A stretch of 15,763 nt of DNA from Meiothermus sp. (GTDB lineage Bacteria; Deinococcota; Deinococci; Deinococcales; Thermaceae): positions 1-15,763 of the forward strand of contig JANRLD010000049.1 of the NCBI GenBank assembly GCA_033762915.1, given 5' to 3'. How positions within the stretch are numbered: the stretch's first letter is position 1; each line of letters begins with the position of its first letter. Positions 6,910 to 15,352 of the stretch are shown one piece after another. The position numbers and the translations under genes are program-made. The notes beneath the pieces are model-generated. The model saw only the letters and a list, made by a program, of their open reading frames with translations, made no database searches and was not told the DNA's origin.

Positions 6910-9051
6910 ATGCCCACACATCGTCAAGGAATCGCCCTCATCGCCGCTCTCGTCTTCGCTTTCATCATCTTCATCATGGTGGCGATTGGGACGGTTTCTT
7001 CGTATTCCAACCGCGAAAACGCCGCTGCTGCGCTCAACACCACCAGGGCCCAACTGGCCGCCGAGGCCGGGCTGGACAAGGCGGTGGACATGATCTGGCA
7101 CCAGGTCTGGGCGCAGAGCCCCACCACCGTCAAGAACCTCGACAATTACAAGAATCTGCTACAGTCCAGAGGCATTTCCGCCACCTACGACGCGACCACC
7201 ACCGCCAACCTGAGCGGCGGGGGCAGCTACAGCGTGCGGATTCGGCGGCAAGACCAGGGCAACACGGGTCTGGGCGGGGGGCGTAGCGTGATGTTTGCCC
7301 TCGAGTCCACCGGCTCCCTCGGGGCGGGCAACGAGGCGGCGGTGCGCAAGCTGACCCAAACCCTGCGCATCGGGGCCGATTTCCCCGACAACTACGCCCT
7401 GCTCACCCGCAGCGTAAGCTGCACCTTCTGCCACGCCAGCTTCCAGAGCATCGACGCCCTGGGCGGCCCGGCCAGCGCCACCGATCCCTGGAAGATCACC
7501 AGCGTGGGGGTGATGGAGATGCTCCAGAGCCGCAGCGGGGCGGGCGAGGGGGACAGCGACACGGTCATTCATGGCAACCTGCTGAGCCGGGGCCGTACCG
7601 CCGACTGGGACCTCGACATCGGCAGCGTGATCGACGGGGGCCTGTCCAGCACCCTCACCACCACGCTGGTGGCGGGCCAAACCCAGATCACCAGCAACAG
7701 CCAGAGCTCGCTCAGCAGCCAGGCCACCGACTGTAGCACCATCAGCAACTGCCCCAAGGACAGCAACCTGGTCTACTACCGCAACTACCCCACCCAGAAG
7801 CCCGCCGCCGGGTGGCCGGCGGGGGAGCTGCCCTCGGAGTTCCCCAAGCCCATCCCCGACACCAACGGCAACAACCTGGTGGACGCTGCCGAGTGGAGCA
7901 GTTTCGTGGCCAACGTCACCGATAAAGGCACCCTCAGGGCCAGCACCAAGGGCTACACCAACACCACCCTTTCCTGGGGCGGCACCAGCTTCTCTACCCT
8001 GAGCAGCGGGGAGTATAACGGCAACCTGCTCATTGACGGCACCTCCCAGGCCAGCGAGCTCGACGGCACCATCTACGTAAACGGCGACGTGGTGATTCGG
8101 GGCCAGCTCAAGGGCCGGGGCCGCATCGTGGCCAGGGGCAACGTCTATGTGATGGGCAATACCACCTACAACTGCGGCACCGGCCCCTGCGCCGACGCCG
8201 AGTACGACCAGAGCAACGCCAACCTGCCGGAGTTCAGCGTGGTGGCCGGGGGCAACATCATCATCGGTGACCACAGCCACCCGGGCTGGAACCCTAACGC
8301 CGCTCCCGCCGACCTCGATCCCACCTTCACCCAGTGCGCCAGCTACCCCGCCCGCACCATCTCTTGCTCCAGCTCGATGAGCTTCACCAACCGCCAGCTC
8401 GCCGACTTCAACCGCCTCGAGCTGATCAAGTACTTCGAGTCCGGGGGCACCTACCGCCCCCGCTTCTACAGCCGCACAAGCAGCGAGACCCTGGCCTTCG
8501 TGCCCAGCGAACCGGGCGAGCCGGGCGGCTGGAACCAGTTCGCCCCCATCGAGGTGGGCAGCGTGATAGACCTGGGCCGCCCGGTCAGCGGGGTGAGCTG
8601 CGACACCAGCAGCGGCGGTTGCCGCGTCACCCTCACCGCCGCCATGCTCAGCGGCAACCTGGCGGCAGCGGTGGGGGCGGGCCAACTGCTGCCGCTGGCC
8701 GAGAGCAGCGCCCTCGAGGCCAACCTGCGACAACTCTGGAAGGACAGCGTGGACGCGGGTTACGTCAACGGGGGCGGCGAGGGGCTGCGCTTTGACGGCC
8801 TGATGTACTCGGCCAACTCCATCTTCACCATCATGAGCCGACGGCTCAACACCAACAGCGCCAGCAACCGGGGGCTCATTGACATCCGGGGGGCTATCCT
8901 GGCCGCCGACACCGGCATCCTGGCCCCCGGCCCCGGCGGGGGCGCGCCCGGCCTGAAGATCTACCACGACTACCGCCTGCGGCCCGAGATCTCCTCCAAC
9001 CGGGTGGAAGTCAGCCTCAGCCGCAGCATCCAACAGTTGGTGCGCCGATGA
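6910..9051 (+). CDS. PilX/ComZ-like large minor pilin (pilus tip protein), 713 aa
   Basis: Class III leader RQG|IALIA without Glu5, AQLAAEAGL PilX N-terminal motif, and beta-solenoid repeats (GTIYVNGDVVIRG, GRIVARGNVYVMG). RBS GGAG precedes ATG 6910. Confidence 0.85.
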   Translation: MPTHRQGIALIAALVFAFIIFIMVAIGTVSSYSNRENAAAALNTTRAQLAAEAGLDKAVDMIWHQVWAQSPTTVKNLDNYKNLLQSRGISATYDATTTANLSGGGSYSVRIRRQDQGNTGLGGGRSVMFALESTGSLGAGNEAAVRKLTQTLRIGADFPDNYALLTRSVSCTFCHASFQSIDALGGPASATDPWKITSVGVMEMLQSRSGAGEGDSDTVIHGNLLSRGRTADWDLDIGSVIDGGLSSTLTTTLVAGQTQITSNSQSSLSSQATDCSTISNCPKDSNLVYYRNYPTQKPAAGWPAGELPSEFPKPIPDTNGNNLVDAAEWSSFVANVTDKGTLRASTKGYTNTTLSWGGTSFSTLSSGEYNGNLLIDGTSQASELDGTIYVNGDVVIRGQLKGRGRIVARGNVYVMGNTTYNCGTGPCADAEYDQSNANLPEFSVVAGGNIIIGDHSHPGWNPNAAPADLDPTFTQCASYPARTISCSSSMSFTNRQLADFNRLELIKYFESGGTYRPRFYSRTSSETLAFVPSEPGEPGGWNQFAPIEVGSVIDLGRPVSGVSCDTSSGGCRVTLTAAMLSGNLAAAVGAGQLLPLAESSALEANLRQLWKDSVDAGYVNGGGEGLRFDGLMYSANSIFTIMSRRLNTNSASNRGLIDIRGAILAADTGILAPGPGGGAPGLKIYHDYRLRPEISSNRVEVSLSRSIQQLVRR

Positions 9052-9494
9052 AAAAGCCCAAACAAGGCTACAGCCTAGTCGAGATCATCGTGGTCCTGGC
9101 AGTCGCGGCCATCCTGCTGAGCGTGGGCACGGTCGCGTTGCTGGGCTACCAGCGCAACCTGGCCATGCGGCAGGGGATATCTGTGGTGGTGGCCGACCTG
9201 ACTCGAGCCCGCTCCCAGGCCCGCAAGACCTCGCAGGACTGGCAGGTGGTCCTGACCTCCAACCAGAACACCTACCAGATCCAGCGGGCCGGGGTCACAG
9301 TGCAGACCGTGACCCTGCCCGCCGGGGTACGCATCGGCAACGTGGGCGGAAGCAAAACCGTCCAGTACACCGCCCCCTACGGGCTGAGGCCACAGGGCTC
9401 AAGCAGCCTCGAGGTGCCGGTAGTGGGTACGGGCAGCCGCCAGGGCAAGATCAACGTGGTGGGAATAACCGGGAAGGTGGTGGTGGTTGAATAA
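9048..9494 (+). CDS. Type IV minor pilin, FimT/FimU/GspH-like
   Basis: KQG|YSLVEIIVVLAV prepilin motif, DLTRARSQA helix, ATGA overlap with the upstream gene. Confidence 0.9.
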   Translation: MKKPKQGYSLVEIIVVLAVAAILLSVGTVALLGYQRNLAMRQGISVVVADLTRARSQARKTSQDWQVVLTSNQNTYQIQRAGVTVQTVTLPAGVRIGNVGGSKTVQYTAPYGLRPQGSSSLEVPVVGTGSRQGKINVVGITGKVVVVE

Positions 9495-9858
9495 CAAGGG
9501 TTTTTCACTGCTCGAGGTGCTGATCGCCACCGCCGTGGTGGGGGCCGGGATCGTGCTGCTGGGCATCTTCTACAACAGCTTCAAGGTCACCCGCCAGGCC
9601 CAGATCGACACCCAGGCCCAGACTTTCGCCCGCAGCTACTTCGATGCGACCCGGGCCCGCTGGAACTCCCCCGCCAGCTTCAAGGCCGCCACCGCCGTAG
9701 TGACCGACGTGGCCGCCCCCAGCGGCTACACCTACACCGTGGCCCCCAAGACCCCCCTGGCAGGAACCGACACCCTGCGCGAACTGAACCTGAACATCTC
9801 CACCCCCGACGGGCGCACCCTCAGCTTTAGCAGCAGTGTGGTGCTGCCCGCCGAATAG
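9487..9858 (+). CDS. Type IV minor pilin, PilV/GspI-like
   Basis: NKG|FSLLEVLIA prepilin motif; short; TTG start overlapping the upstream gene. Confidence 0.88.
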   Translation: MNNKGFSLLEVLIATAVVGAGIVLLGIFYNSFKVTRQAQIDTQAQTFARSYFDATRARWNSPASFKAATAVVTDVAAPSGYTYTVAPKTPLAGTDTLRELNLNISTPDGRTLSFSSSVVLPAE

Positions 9859-9866
9859 AGGACACC

Positions 9867-10715
9867 ATGAAACCTCGAGGCCTGTCCCTCATCGAGATGC
9901 TGATCGCCGCCGCCATCACCGGGGTGCTGCTGATCGTCGTGACCAACGGCATCCAGTCGGCCTCCTCGAGCACCCGCATGATCCAGACCCAGCAGCTCCT
10001 GACCGAGGACCTGCGCACCTCGGGCAACCTGATCAGCGACGAGCTGAGCCAGGCCTACCACATCTACCCGCCTGGCGCGGAAATTACCCTGAACTCTACC
10101 AGCACTTACACCGTCACCAACTTCGACGGCAGCAACGTCTGGACGGTGGGCACCGACCCCATCATCGCGGCCATCCTGCCCCCCGAGGACCTCACCAGGG
10201 CCGACCTGTGCGCCACCGACAACAGCGGCTGCCTGCGCCTGGTGGCCTACTACCCCCTGCTGCGCAGCACGGTGACGGCCAGCACCAGCGGCACCCCCGA
10301 GTTCATCGGCAACGACCCCCAGAACACCAACGTCTGGACGGTCTTCCGCTACATGACCTACCTCAGCAGCGGCAAATTCTCCGACGCCAGCAGCAGCCTG
10401 AAGGTGGCCGCCCCCAGCTTCTCGGGCTCGAGGGGCGAGCTACTGGCCGACTACATCCAACCCACCAGCGGCTTCACGGTGGACTGGAGCGGTGCCGGAG
10501 GCTCGAAGTGCCTGGTGGTCACCACGGACGCCAACGGGGTCAAGAGCACAAACCCCAGGGCCACCTGCCCCACCACCGGCAACCTCGAGTCGGTCACCGA
10601 GATGGTCTTCCAGTTGCGCGGCCAGATGACCCGCGGCACGGCGGTGCTGGTCCCGGGAGCCGGGCCGCTGGTCTTCCGGGGAACCCCCCGCAACCTGGGC
10701 TCCGCCAGCGACTGA
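9867..10715 (+). CDS. Type IV minor pilin, PilW/GspJ-like
   Basis: PRG|LSLIEMLIA prepilin motif, RBS GAGGA, 282 aa with two Cys pairs. Confidence 0.88.
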   Translation: MKPRGLSLIEMLIAAAITGVLLIVVTNGIQSASSSTRMIQTQQLLTEDLRTSGNLISDELSQAYHIYPPGAEITLNSTSTYTVTNFDGSNVWTVGTDPIIAAILPPEDLTRADLCATDNSGCLRLVAYYPLLRSTVTASTSGTPEFIGNDPQNTNVWTVFRYMTYLSSGKFSDASSSLKVAAPSFSGSRGELLADYIQPTSGFTVDWSGAGGSKCLVVTTDANGVKSTNPRATCPTTGNLESVTEMVFQLRGQMTRGTAVLVPGAGPLVFRGTPRNLGSASD

Positions 10716-10735
10716 TCGGGTTCCCCCGGAAGCCT

Positions 10736-10935
10736 TAGAGCAGTTCCCACGCATACTCCCTACAGCGCTAAAGCGGGCGGTTTTTGCTGGAGAGCGGTTC
10801 CCACGAACACTCGGAATGGCGATTTTTGCCGTACTGAGTGCACTACTCCGCACCGTGGGCGGAGTAGTGGTGGGAAACGCGATAGGGAGTACATTACCTG
10901 CTGCCGCGAGGGAGGAAAGGGTGGGAAACGCGATT
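10736..10935 (+). mobile_element. 200-bp nested MITE-like repeat, copy 1
   Basis: Ends are TAGAGCAGTTCCCAC and GTGGGAAACGCGAT. It contains a second 95-bp unit with the same ends (10790-10884). Reverse complement of 11888-12087 with 7 differences by manual alignment. Confidence 0.9.
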
Positions 10936-10986
10936 ACACAACGCAAAGTCCCCGCTCGAGCGGGGCCTTGCGCTGGAGGCCGGCGG

Positions 10987-11424
10987 TCAGAAGCGAATTC
11001 CGCCTGCGCTCTCGCCGTAGGTGCGCAGGATTTGGTCGATAATCCAGCCGGTCGCGGCCACGTACAGCCAAACCGGTACCGTCCAGCGTGCCCAGGTTTT
11101 GTGGACAGAGAAGCGCTTGTTGAACGCGTTGTAGAGCAGCCACAGCACCAGCGGCCCATTGATCGCCGCCAGCACGGTGTGGCTTGTTAAGAGGGCGTAG
11201 TAGGCCCCGCGCCACTCCTCCGGCCCGACGTAGCGGGTGGTGCCGTAGAGGCCCCACTTGAGCAGGTAAAAGACCAAAAACAAGGCCGCCAGCGCGGTAG
11301 CGGTCAGCATGGCACGCGGATGCCAGACCTTGTCGCCCCGCCGGATCAGCACCACCCCCACGATCACCGCGATCCCCGACAAGGCGATCAGGACGGCGGC
11401 GATGTCGCCCAAAGTTTGACCCAC
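10987..11424 (-). CDS. DUF420 family membrane protein (YozB/CtaM-like), 145 aa
   Basis: HPRAML, FLVFYL, SHTVLA, HKTWARWTVPVWLYVAATG motifs; 4 TM segments; RBS GGAGG before GTG 11424. Confidence 0.9.
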   Translation of the reverse strand: MGQTLGDIAAVLIALSGIAVIVGVVLIRRGDKVWHPRAMLTATALAALFLVFYLLKWGLYGTTRYVGPEEWRGAYYALLTSHTVLAAINGPLVLWLLYNAFNKRFSVHKTWARWTVPVWLYVAATGWIIDQILRTYGESAGGIRF

Positions 11425-11535
11425 AGTTGTCTCCTCCCTCGAGTGCCGCAAATGCGGCTTTTATGGAATTAGTCTACCCGAGCCGACCAAGGGACAAATA
11501 TACCCCATCCCGTTATCTGCCCCGTGGTCTGGGCT

Positions 11536-11844
11536 CTAGCCCGTCGAGGGCTGGAACTCCTCGGCCAGTTTCTCGGCCAGGCGGCGCACCCGGTCCTCCC
11601 TCGAGGTGCGGGCGTAGCTGTAACCCAGCATGAAGGAGCGCTCCGAATCGCGCCTCTGACCCAGCCGCTGCTGGGCCTGAGCCAGCCGTAAGTAGGCCAG
11701 GGCCATCATCCCATCGCGCTCCTTACCGGGCCGCACCGCCTCGAGGAGTCCCACCGCCTCGTGGAAGCTGCCCAGGGCCTTCTGTGGCTCGAGCTCACGG
11801 GCGTCGCGAATCAGGCTGGCGGCTTGGTCAAGCAGGCGCTGCAC
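11536..11844 (-). CDS. Small alpha-helical (TPR-like) hypothetical protein, 102 aa
   Basis: ALAYLRLAQAQQRLG TPR-like helix, host-like codon usage, perfect TATAAT 8 nt upstream of the GTG. Confidence 0.75.
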   Translation of the reverse strand: MQRLLDQAASLIRDARELEPQKALGSFHEAVGLLEAVRPGKERDGMMALAYLRLAQAQQRLGQRRDSERSFMLGYSYARTSREDRVRRLAEKLAEEFQPSTG

Positions 11845-11852
11845 AGCTGTAG

Positions 11853-11858
11853 ATTATA
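11853..11858 (-). promoter_or_regulatory. -10 box TATAAT of a leaderless promoter
   Basis: Consensus TATAAT 8 nt before GTG 11844; no SD sequence. Confidence 0.65.
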
Positions 11859-11887
11859 CCGCCTCGAGGCTACGCCCGGCGGTGCCC

Positions 11888-12087
11888 TATCGCGGTTCCC
11901 ACCATTACCTCCCTCGCGGCGGCAGGTAATGTACTCCCTATCGCGTTTCCCACCACTACTCCGCCCACGGTGCGGAGTAGTGCACTCAGTACGGCAAAAA
12001 TCGCCATTCCGAGTGTTCGTGGGAACCGCTCTCCAGCAAAAACCGCCCGCTTTAGCGCCGTAGGGAGTATGCGTGGGAACCGCTCTA
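11888..12087 (-). mobile_element. 200-bp nested MITE-like repeat, copy 2 (inverted)
   Basis: TATCGCGGTTCCCAC ... GTGGGAACCGCTCTA with TA at both ends. The inner 95-bp unit (11939-12033) is identical to that of copy 1. Confidence 0.9.
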
Positions 12088-12265
12088 GCCGCGGGGGATG
12101 TCGTCAGGCGGGGAGTGCGTCCGAGCTCGAGACGCGCCGCCTAAAAACGCGGGAAGCTCTTCTACGTGGTGTCGGCCCCGGACGCCACCGCAGCGGGTCC
12201 GCCGACCTGAGCGCCGCCAGCCTGACCCTCCAGTCCGTCGCAGGCGGGTAAAGCGGCAGAGCAAG

Positions 12266-12290
12266 GGCCCCCGAGCTTTGCTCGGGGGCC
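12266..12290. terminator. Probable intrinsic terminator downstream of the M16 operon
   Basis: GGCCCCCGAGC-TTT-GCTCGGGGGCC, an 11-bp GC-rich stem about 20 nt after the stop at 12310; weak U-tracts. Confidence 0.65.
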
Positions 12291-12309
12291 AGCCTTTTCA
12301 AGTGGTATC

Positions 12310-13797
12310 CTACCGAACCTCGACCTTGACCACGTTACCTAGCCGGCTCAGCGGGGCCTCGAACTTGCTCTCGTCGCCCAGCACCACGATCACGAAGTTC
12401 TCCGGGCGGACATAGCGCTTGGCAGCGGCCAGCATGCTCTCGGGGGTGATCTTGGTGAGTTGCTCGAGGTAGTCCTCGTAGTAGCCGGGGCGCAGGCCCA
12501 ACAGGTGAACCCTGGCCTGGCGCTCCACCACCGCCTGCCTCGAGGCGAAACGGAAGGGCGCCCCGTTGAGGATGTTCTCGCGGAACAGCTCGAGCTCGTC
12601 CGCCGAGACCGGCTCGGCGGAAATCTTGCGGGCCTCGTCCAGCATGGCCTGCACCACCTCCACGGTCTTCTCGACGCGGGAGATGGAGACGGCCAGAAAG
12701 GGCTGCGGGAAACCGAAGCCCTGCTGCTGGGCGCTACCCACCTGGTAGGCCAAGCCGCGACGGGAGCGGATCTCGTCGAACAGCCTCGAGCCAAATCCCC
12801 CGCCGAAGACGTTGCTCAGCAGGTCCAGTTCGGCGTAGCCAGCGCGGTAGGCCTGCACGGTCGGGAGGCCCATATAGACCACGCTCTGGGTCACTGGGCG
12901 CTGGATGAAGTAGATGGTGGGGCGGGGGGCCGGGTTATAGGTGGGCAGCCGGGGCAGTTCGGCCGCGCCGGTGTTCCAGCTCGAGAGCAGGCGGGTGAGC
13001 TTGGCCAGCATCTCGCCGGAGTTGAAGTCGCCGGAGAGGGCCAATACCGCGTTGCGCGGGCGGAAGTAGCGGGCCTGGAAAGCGGCCAGGTCGTCTCGGG
13101 TGATGGACTGCACGCTCTGGGTGCTGCTGATGAAGCCGCTGGGGTGGTTGGCGTTGATGCGGGCGATAAACTCGCGCTGGGCAACCCCCACGGGCTGGTC
13201 GTTGCGGCGGCGGATGCCCTCGAGGGTGCGTCCGCGGTACAGCTCGAGGCGCTGGGGGTTGTAGTCGGGCCGCAGCATGATCTCCGACCATAGCTGGAGG
13301 GTCTGGTCGAGGTTGTCGGTGAGCGAGCTGAACGAGACCTCGGTGAAGAAGGTGTTGCTGGCGACCTCCACCGAGGAGGCCAGCCCCTCGAGGGTGAGGT
13401 CAACAGCATCGGGGTCTTTGCCCGCCGCCCCGCCGTTGCGCATCACCTGGGCGTGCAGCGCGGCCAACCCGATCTTTTCCTGGGGGTCGTAGTAGTTCCC
13501 CGCCCTCACGTACATCCGCCCGCTCACCAGGGGCAGCGAGCGGTCCTCGATCAGGTACACCACCAGCCCGTTGGGCAGCACCGCCGCCCTCGGCTTGAGC
13601 GGCGTGAAGGCCTGCCGCTCGAACTTCATCCCGAAGGGGTCGGGCCACCCCGCCGGAACGGATTGGGCCAGGGCCGGAGAGAGCAGCAGCAAGAAGAGAA
13701 GCGGGAGAAGGGAGGGCCTGCGGAAGGGAAAACCCGGTCCCGTCTCCCTCTCCCCTACCCCTTCCCTCTCGATCATCAAACGACTCCAAAACCTCAT
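12310..13797 (-). CDS. M16 (pitrilysin/insulinase) family protein, non-catalytic subunit, secreted
   Basis: LPNGLVVYL, degenerate HXXEH (GLAALHAQVM), SRLFDEIRSRRGLAY substrate-binding R/Y motif, signal peptide ending SPALA-Q. The exact start is uncertain. Confidence 0.92.
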   Translation of the reverse strand: MRFWSRLMIEREGVGERETGPGFPFRRPSLLPLLFLLLLSPALAQSVPAGWPDPFGMKFERQAFTPLKPRAAVLPNGLVVYLIEDRSLPLVSGRMYVRAGNYYDPQEKIGLAALHAQVMRNGGAAGKDPDAVDLTLEGLASSVEVASNTFFTEVSFSSLTDNLDQTLQLWSEIMLRPDYNPQRLELYRGRTLEGIRRRNDQPVGVAQREFIARINANHPSGFISSTQSVQSITRDDLAAFQARYFRPRNAVLALSGDFNSGEMLAKLTRLLSSWNTGAAELPRLPTYNPAPRPTIYFIQRPVTQSVVYMGLPTVQAYRAGYAELDLLSNVFGGGFGSRLFDEIRSRRGLAYQVGSAQQQGFGFPQPFLAVSISRVEKTVEVVQAMLDEARKISAEPVSADELELFRENILNGAPFRFASRQAVVERQARVHLLGLRPGYYEDYLEQLTKITPESMLAAAKRYVRPENFVIVVLGDESKFEAPLSRLGNVVKVEVR

Positions 13798-13802
13798 CGC
13801 GC

Positions 13803-15275
13803 TTACCTCCTCGGCAGCAAAATTGCCACCGTGCGGTTCTCGGGGGTGAAGTACTTGCGGGCCACCTCGCGAATTTCCTCGGCGGTGACGGAGGCGTAGA
13901 TCTGCTCCTCCTCGAGCACCTTGGCCCAGCCGCCCAAAAACATCTCGTAGAAGGCCAAGTTGAAGGCCAAGCCGCTGCCGCCCGCCAGGGCGCGGAGGTA
14001 GCCCACTCGAGTCTGGGCCTTAACCTTTTGAAGCTCCTCCGCGCTCACCAGCTCGGTCTTGAGCTTCTCGAGTTCCTCGTAGAGCGCCTTCTCGACGTCC
14101 TCGGGGGTCTTGGGGGCGCGGGGCTGGATCGAGAACAAGAACATGTTGGGGAAGCGGATGCCCGGCGAGCCAGAGCTGCTGCTGACGTTGGCGGCGACCT
14201 GATCCTGCGTCACCATCCGGCGGAACAGCCGACTGGTGCGCCCGTCGGTCAGGATCGCGTCCACGATGTCCAGCACGTAGGCCTCGCGGCTGGGGTAGGT
14301 GGGCTTGTGGAACCCGATGAGCATGGCCGGCTGGGCGTTGAAGTTAACCGTAACCCGGCGCTCGGCAGTCTGGGGTGGCTCGGCGGGTATGGGATTGGCG
14401 GGCCGGTTGGGTCCCCTGGGCACCGCCCCGAAGTACTTGCGCACCAGCGCGATGTCGCGCTCGGGCTCGAGGTCGCCCACCATGGCCAGGACCATCCGGT
14501 TGGGGTGATAGTTGGCCCGCCACAGCTCGAGGGCCGCCGCGGTGCGGTATCCGGCGATCTCCTCCGCCGAGCCGATCAGGGGCCGGCCGTAGGGGTGGAC
14601 CTTGTAGGCCGCTGCCAGGAAGTTCTCGAGGAGGAAGCCGTTGGGATCGTTTTCGGTGCGCTGGCGGCGCTCCTCGCGCACCACGTCGGCCTCCTCGTAG
14701 AAGCTGCGGAAGACCGGGTTCAGCAGCACGTCGGCGTAGATGCGCAGGTAGAGCTCGAGGCGGTTGGACGGCAGGGCCACGGTGTAGTTGGTGCGGTCGT
14801 AGCCGGTCGAGGCGTTAAGCCCCTGCGCCCCGTTGCGCGTGAAGAGGTCGTCGAAGCCGCTGTCCTGCTGGAGGGCCTGGGCCTCCTCCCTGGCCTTGTT
14901 AAAGGCGGCGGTCAGGCGGTCTAGCTCCTCCTTGGCGGCGTTGCGCTTGCGGGCCGCGTCGAGGGCGTCGCGGGCGGTCTCGACCGCCTGCAGCGCGACC
15001 TGCTCCTTGGCCCAGTCGCGGCTCCCGATGCTCTGGGTGCCCTTGAAGGCCATGTGCTCGACCATGTGGGCTAGGCCGCCCAGCCCCGGCGGCTCGTCCA
15101 CCCCGCCGTAGTCGGAGAGCAAGTTGAAGTAGATCACGGGCGCGGTGCGGTCGGGCACCATAATCACCCGCAGGCCGTTCTCGAGGGTGTAAAGCCTCAC
15201 CCGCTCCCGCAGGTTCTGCGCTAGACCCAGCGAGGCCAACAACACCAAAGCCAAAACCAACGGTTTCAGTCTCAC
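13803..15275 (-). CDS. M16 family zinc peptidase, catalytic subunit, secreted (490 aa)
   Basis: [13 protein letters not shown] (HXXEH at 15068-15054), LNAST, EERRQR, HPYGRP; signal peptide; RBS GGAGG before GTG 15275. Confidence 0.95.
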   Translation of the reverse strand: MRLKPLVLALVLLASLGLAQNLRERVRLYTLENGLRVIMVPDRTAPVIYFNLLSDYGGVDEPPGLGGLAHMVEHMAFKGTQSIGSRDWAKEQVALQAVETARDALDAARKRNAAKEELDRLTAAFNKAREEAQALQQDSGFDDLFTRNGAQGLNASTGYDRTNYTVALPSNRLELYLRIYADVLLNPVFRSFYEEADVVREERRQRTENDPNGFLLENFLAAAYKVHPYGRPLIGSAEEIAGYRTAAALELWRANYHPNRMVLAMVGDLEPERDIALVRKYFGAVPRGPNRPANPIPAEPPQTAERRVTVNFNAQPAMLIGFHKPTYPSREAYVLDIVDAILTDGRTSRLFRRMVTQDQVAANVSSSSGSPGIRFPNMFLFSIQPRAPKTPEDVEKALYEELEKLKTELVSAEELQKVKAQTRVGYLRALAGGSGLAFNLAFYEMFLGGWAKVLEEEQIYASVTAEEIREVARKYFTPENRTVAILLPRR

Positions 15276-15352
15276 GTCTTCCCCTCCCTGTTGAACGAGA
15301 ATTATGCCCCAGATGGCCGGAATTTTCGGTGGGCGGGGTCGCAAAGGTGCAG

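Noticed and set aside
10816..11190. ORFs sharing the peptides SSALSTAKIAIPSVRGNR / MAIFAVLSALL (also 10440..11159, 11970..12251)
   Set aside because: These are translations of the 200-bp repeat, not genes.
10736..12087. CRISPR array suggested by recurring GTTCCCAC/GTGGGAA motifs
   Set aside because: The motifs are inverted termini of nested elements, the intervening sequence is duplicated rather than unique, and no cas genes are present.
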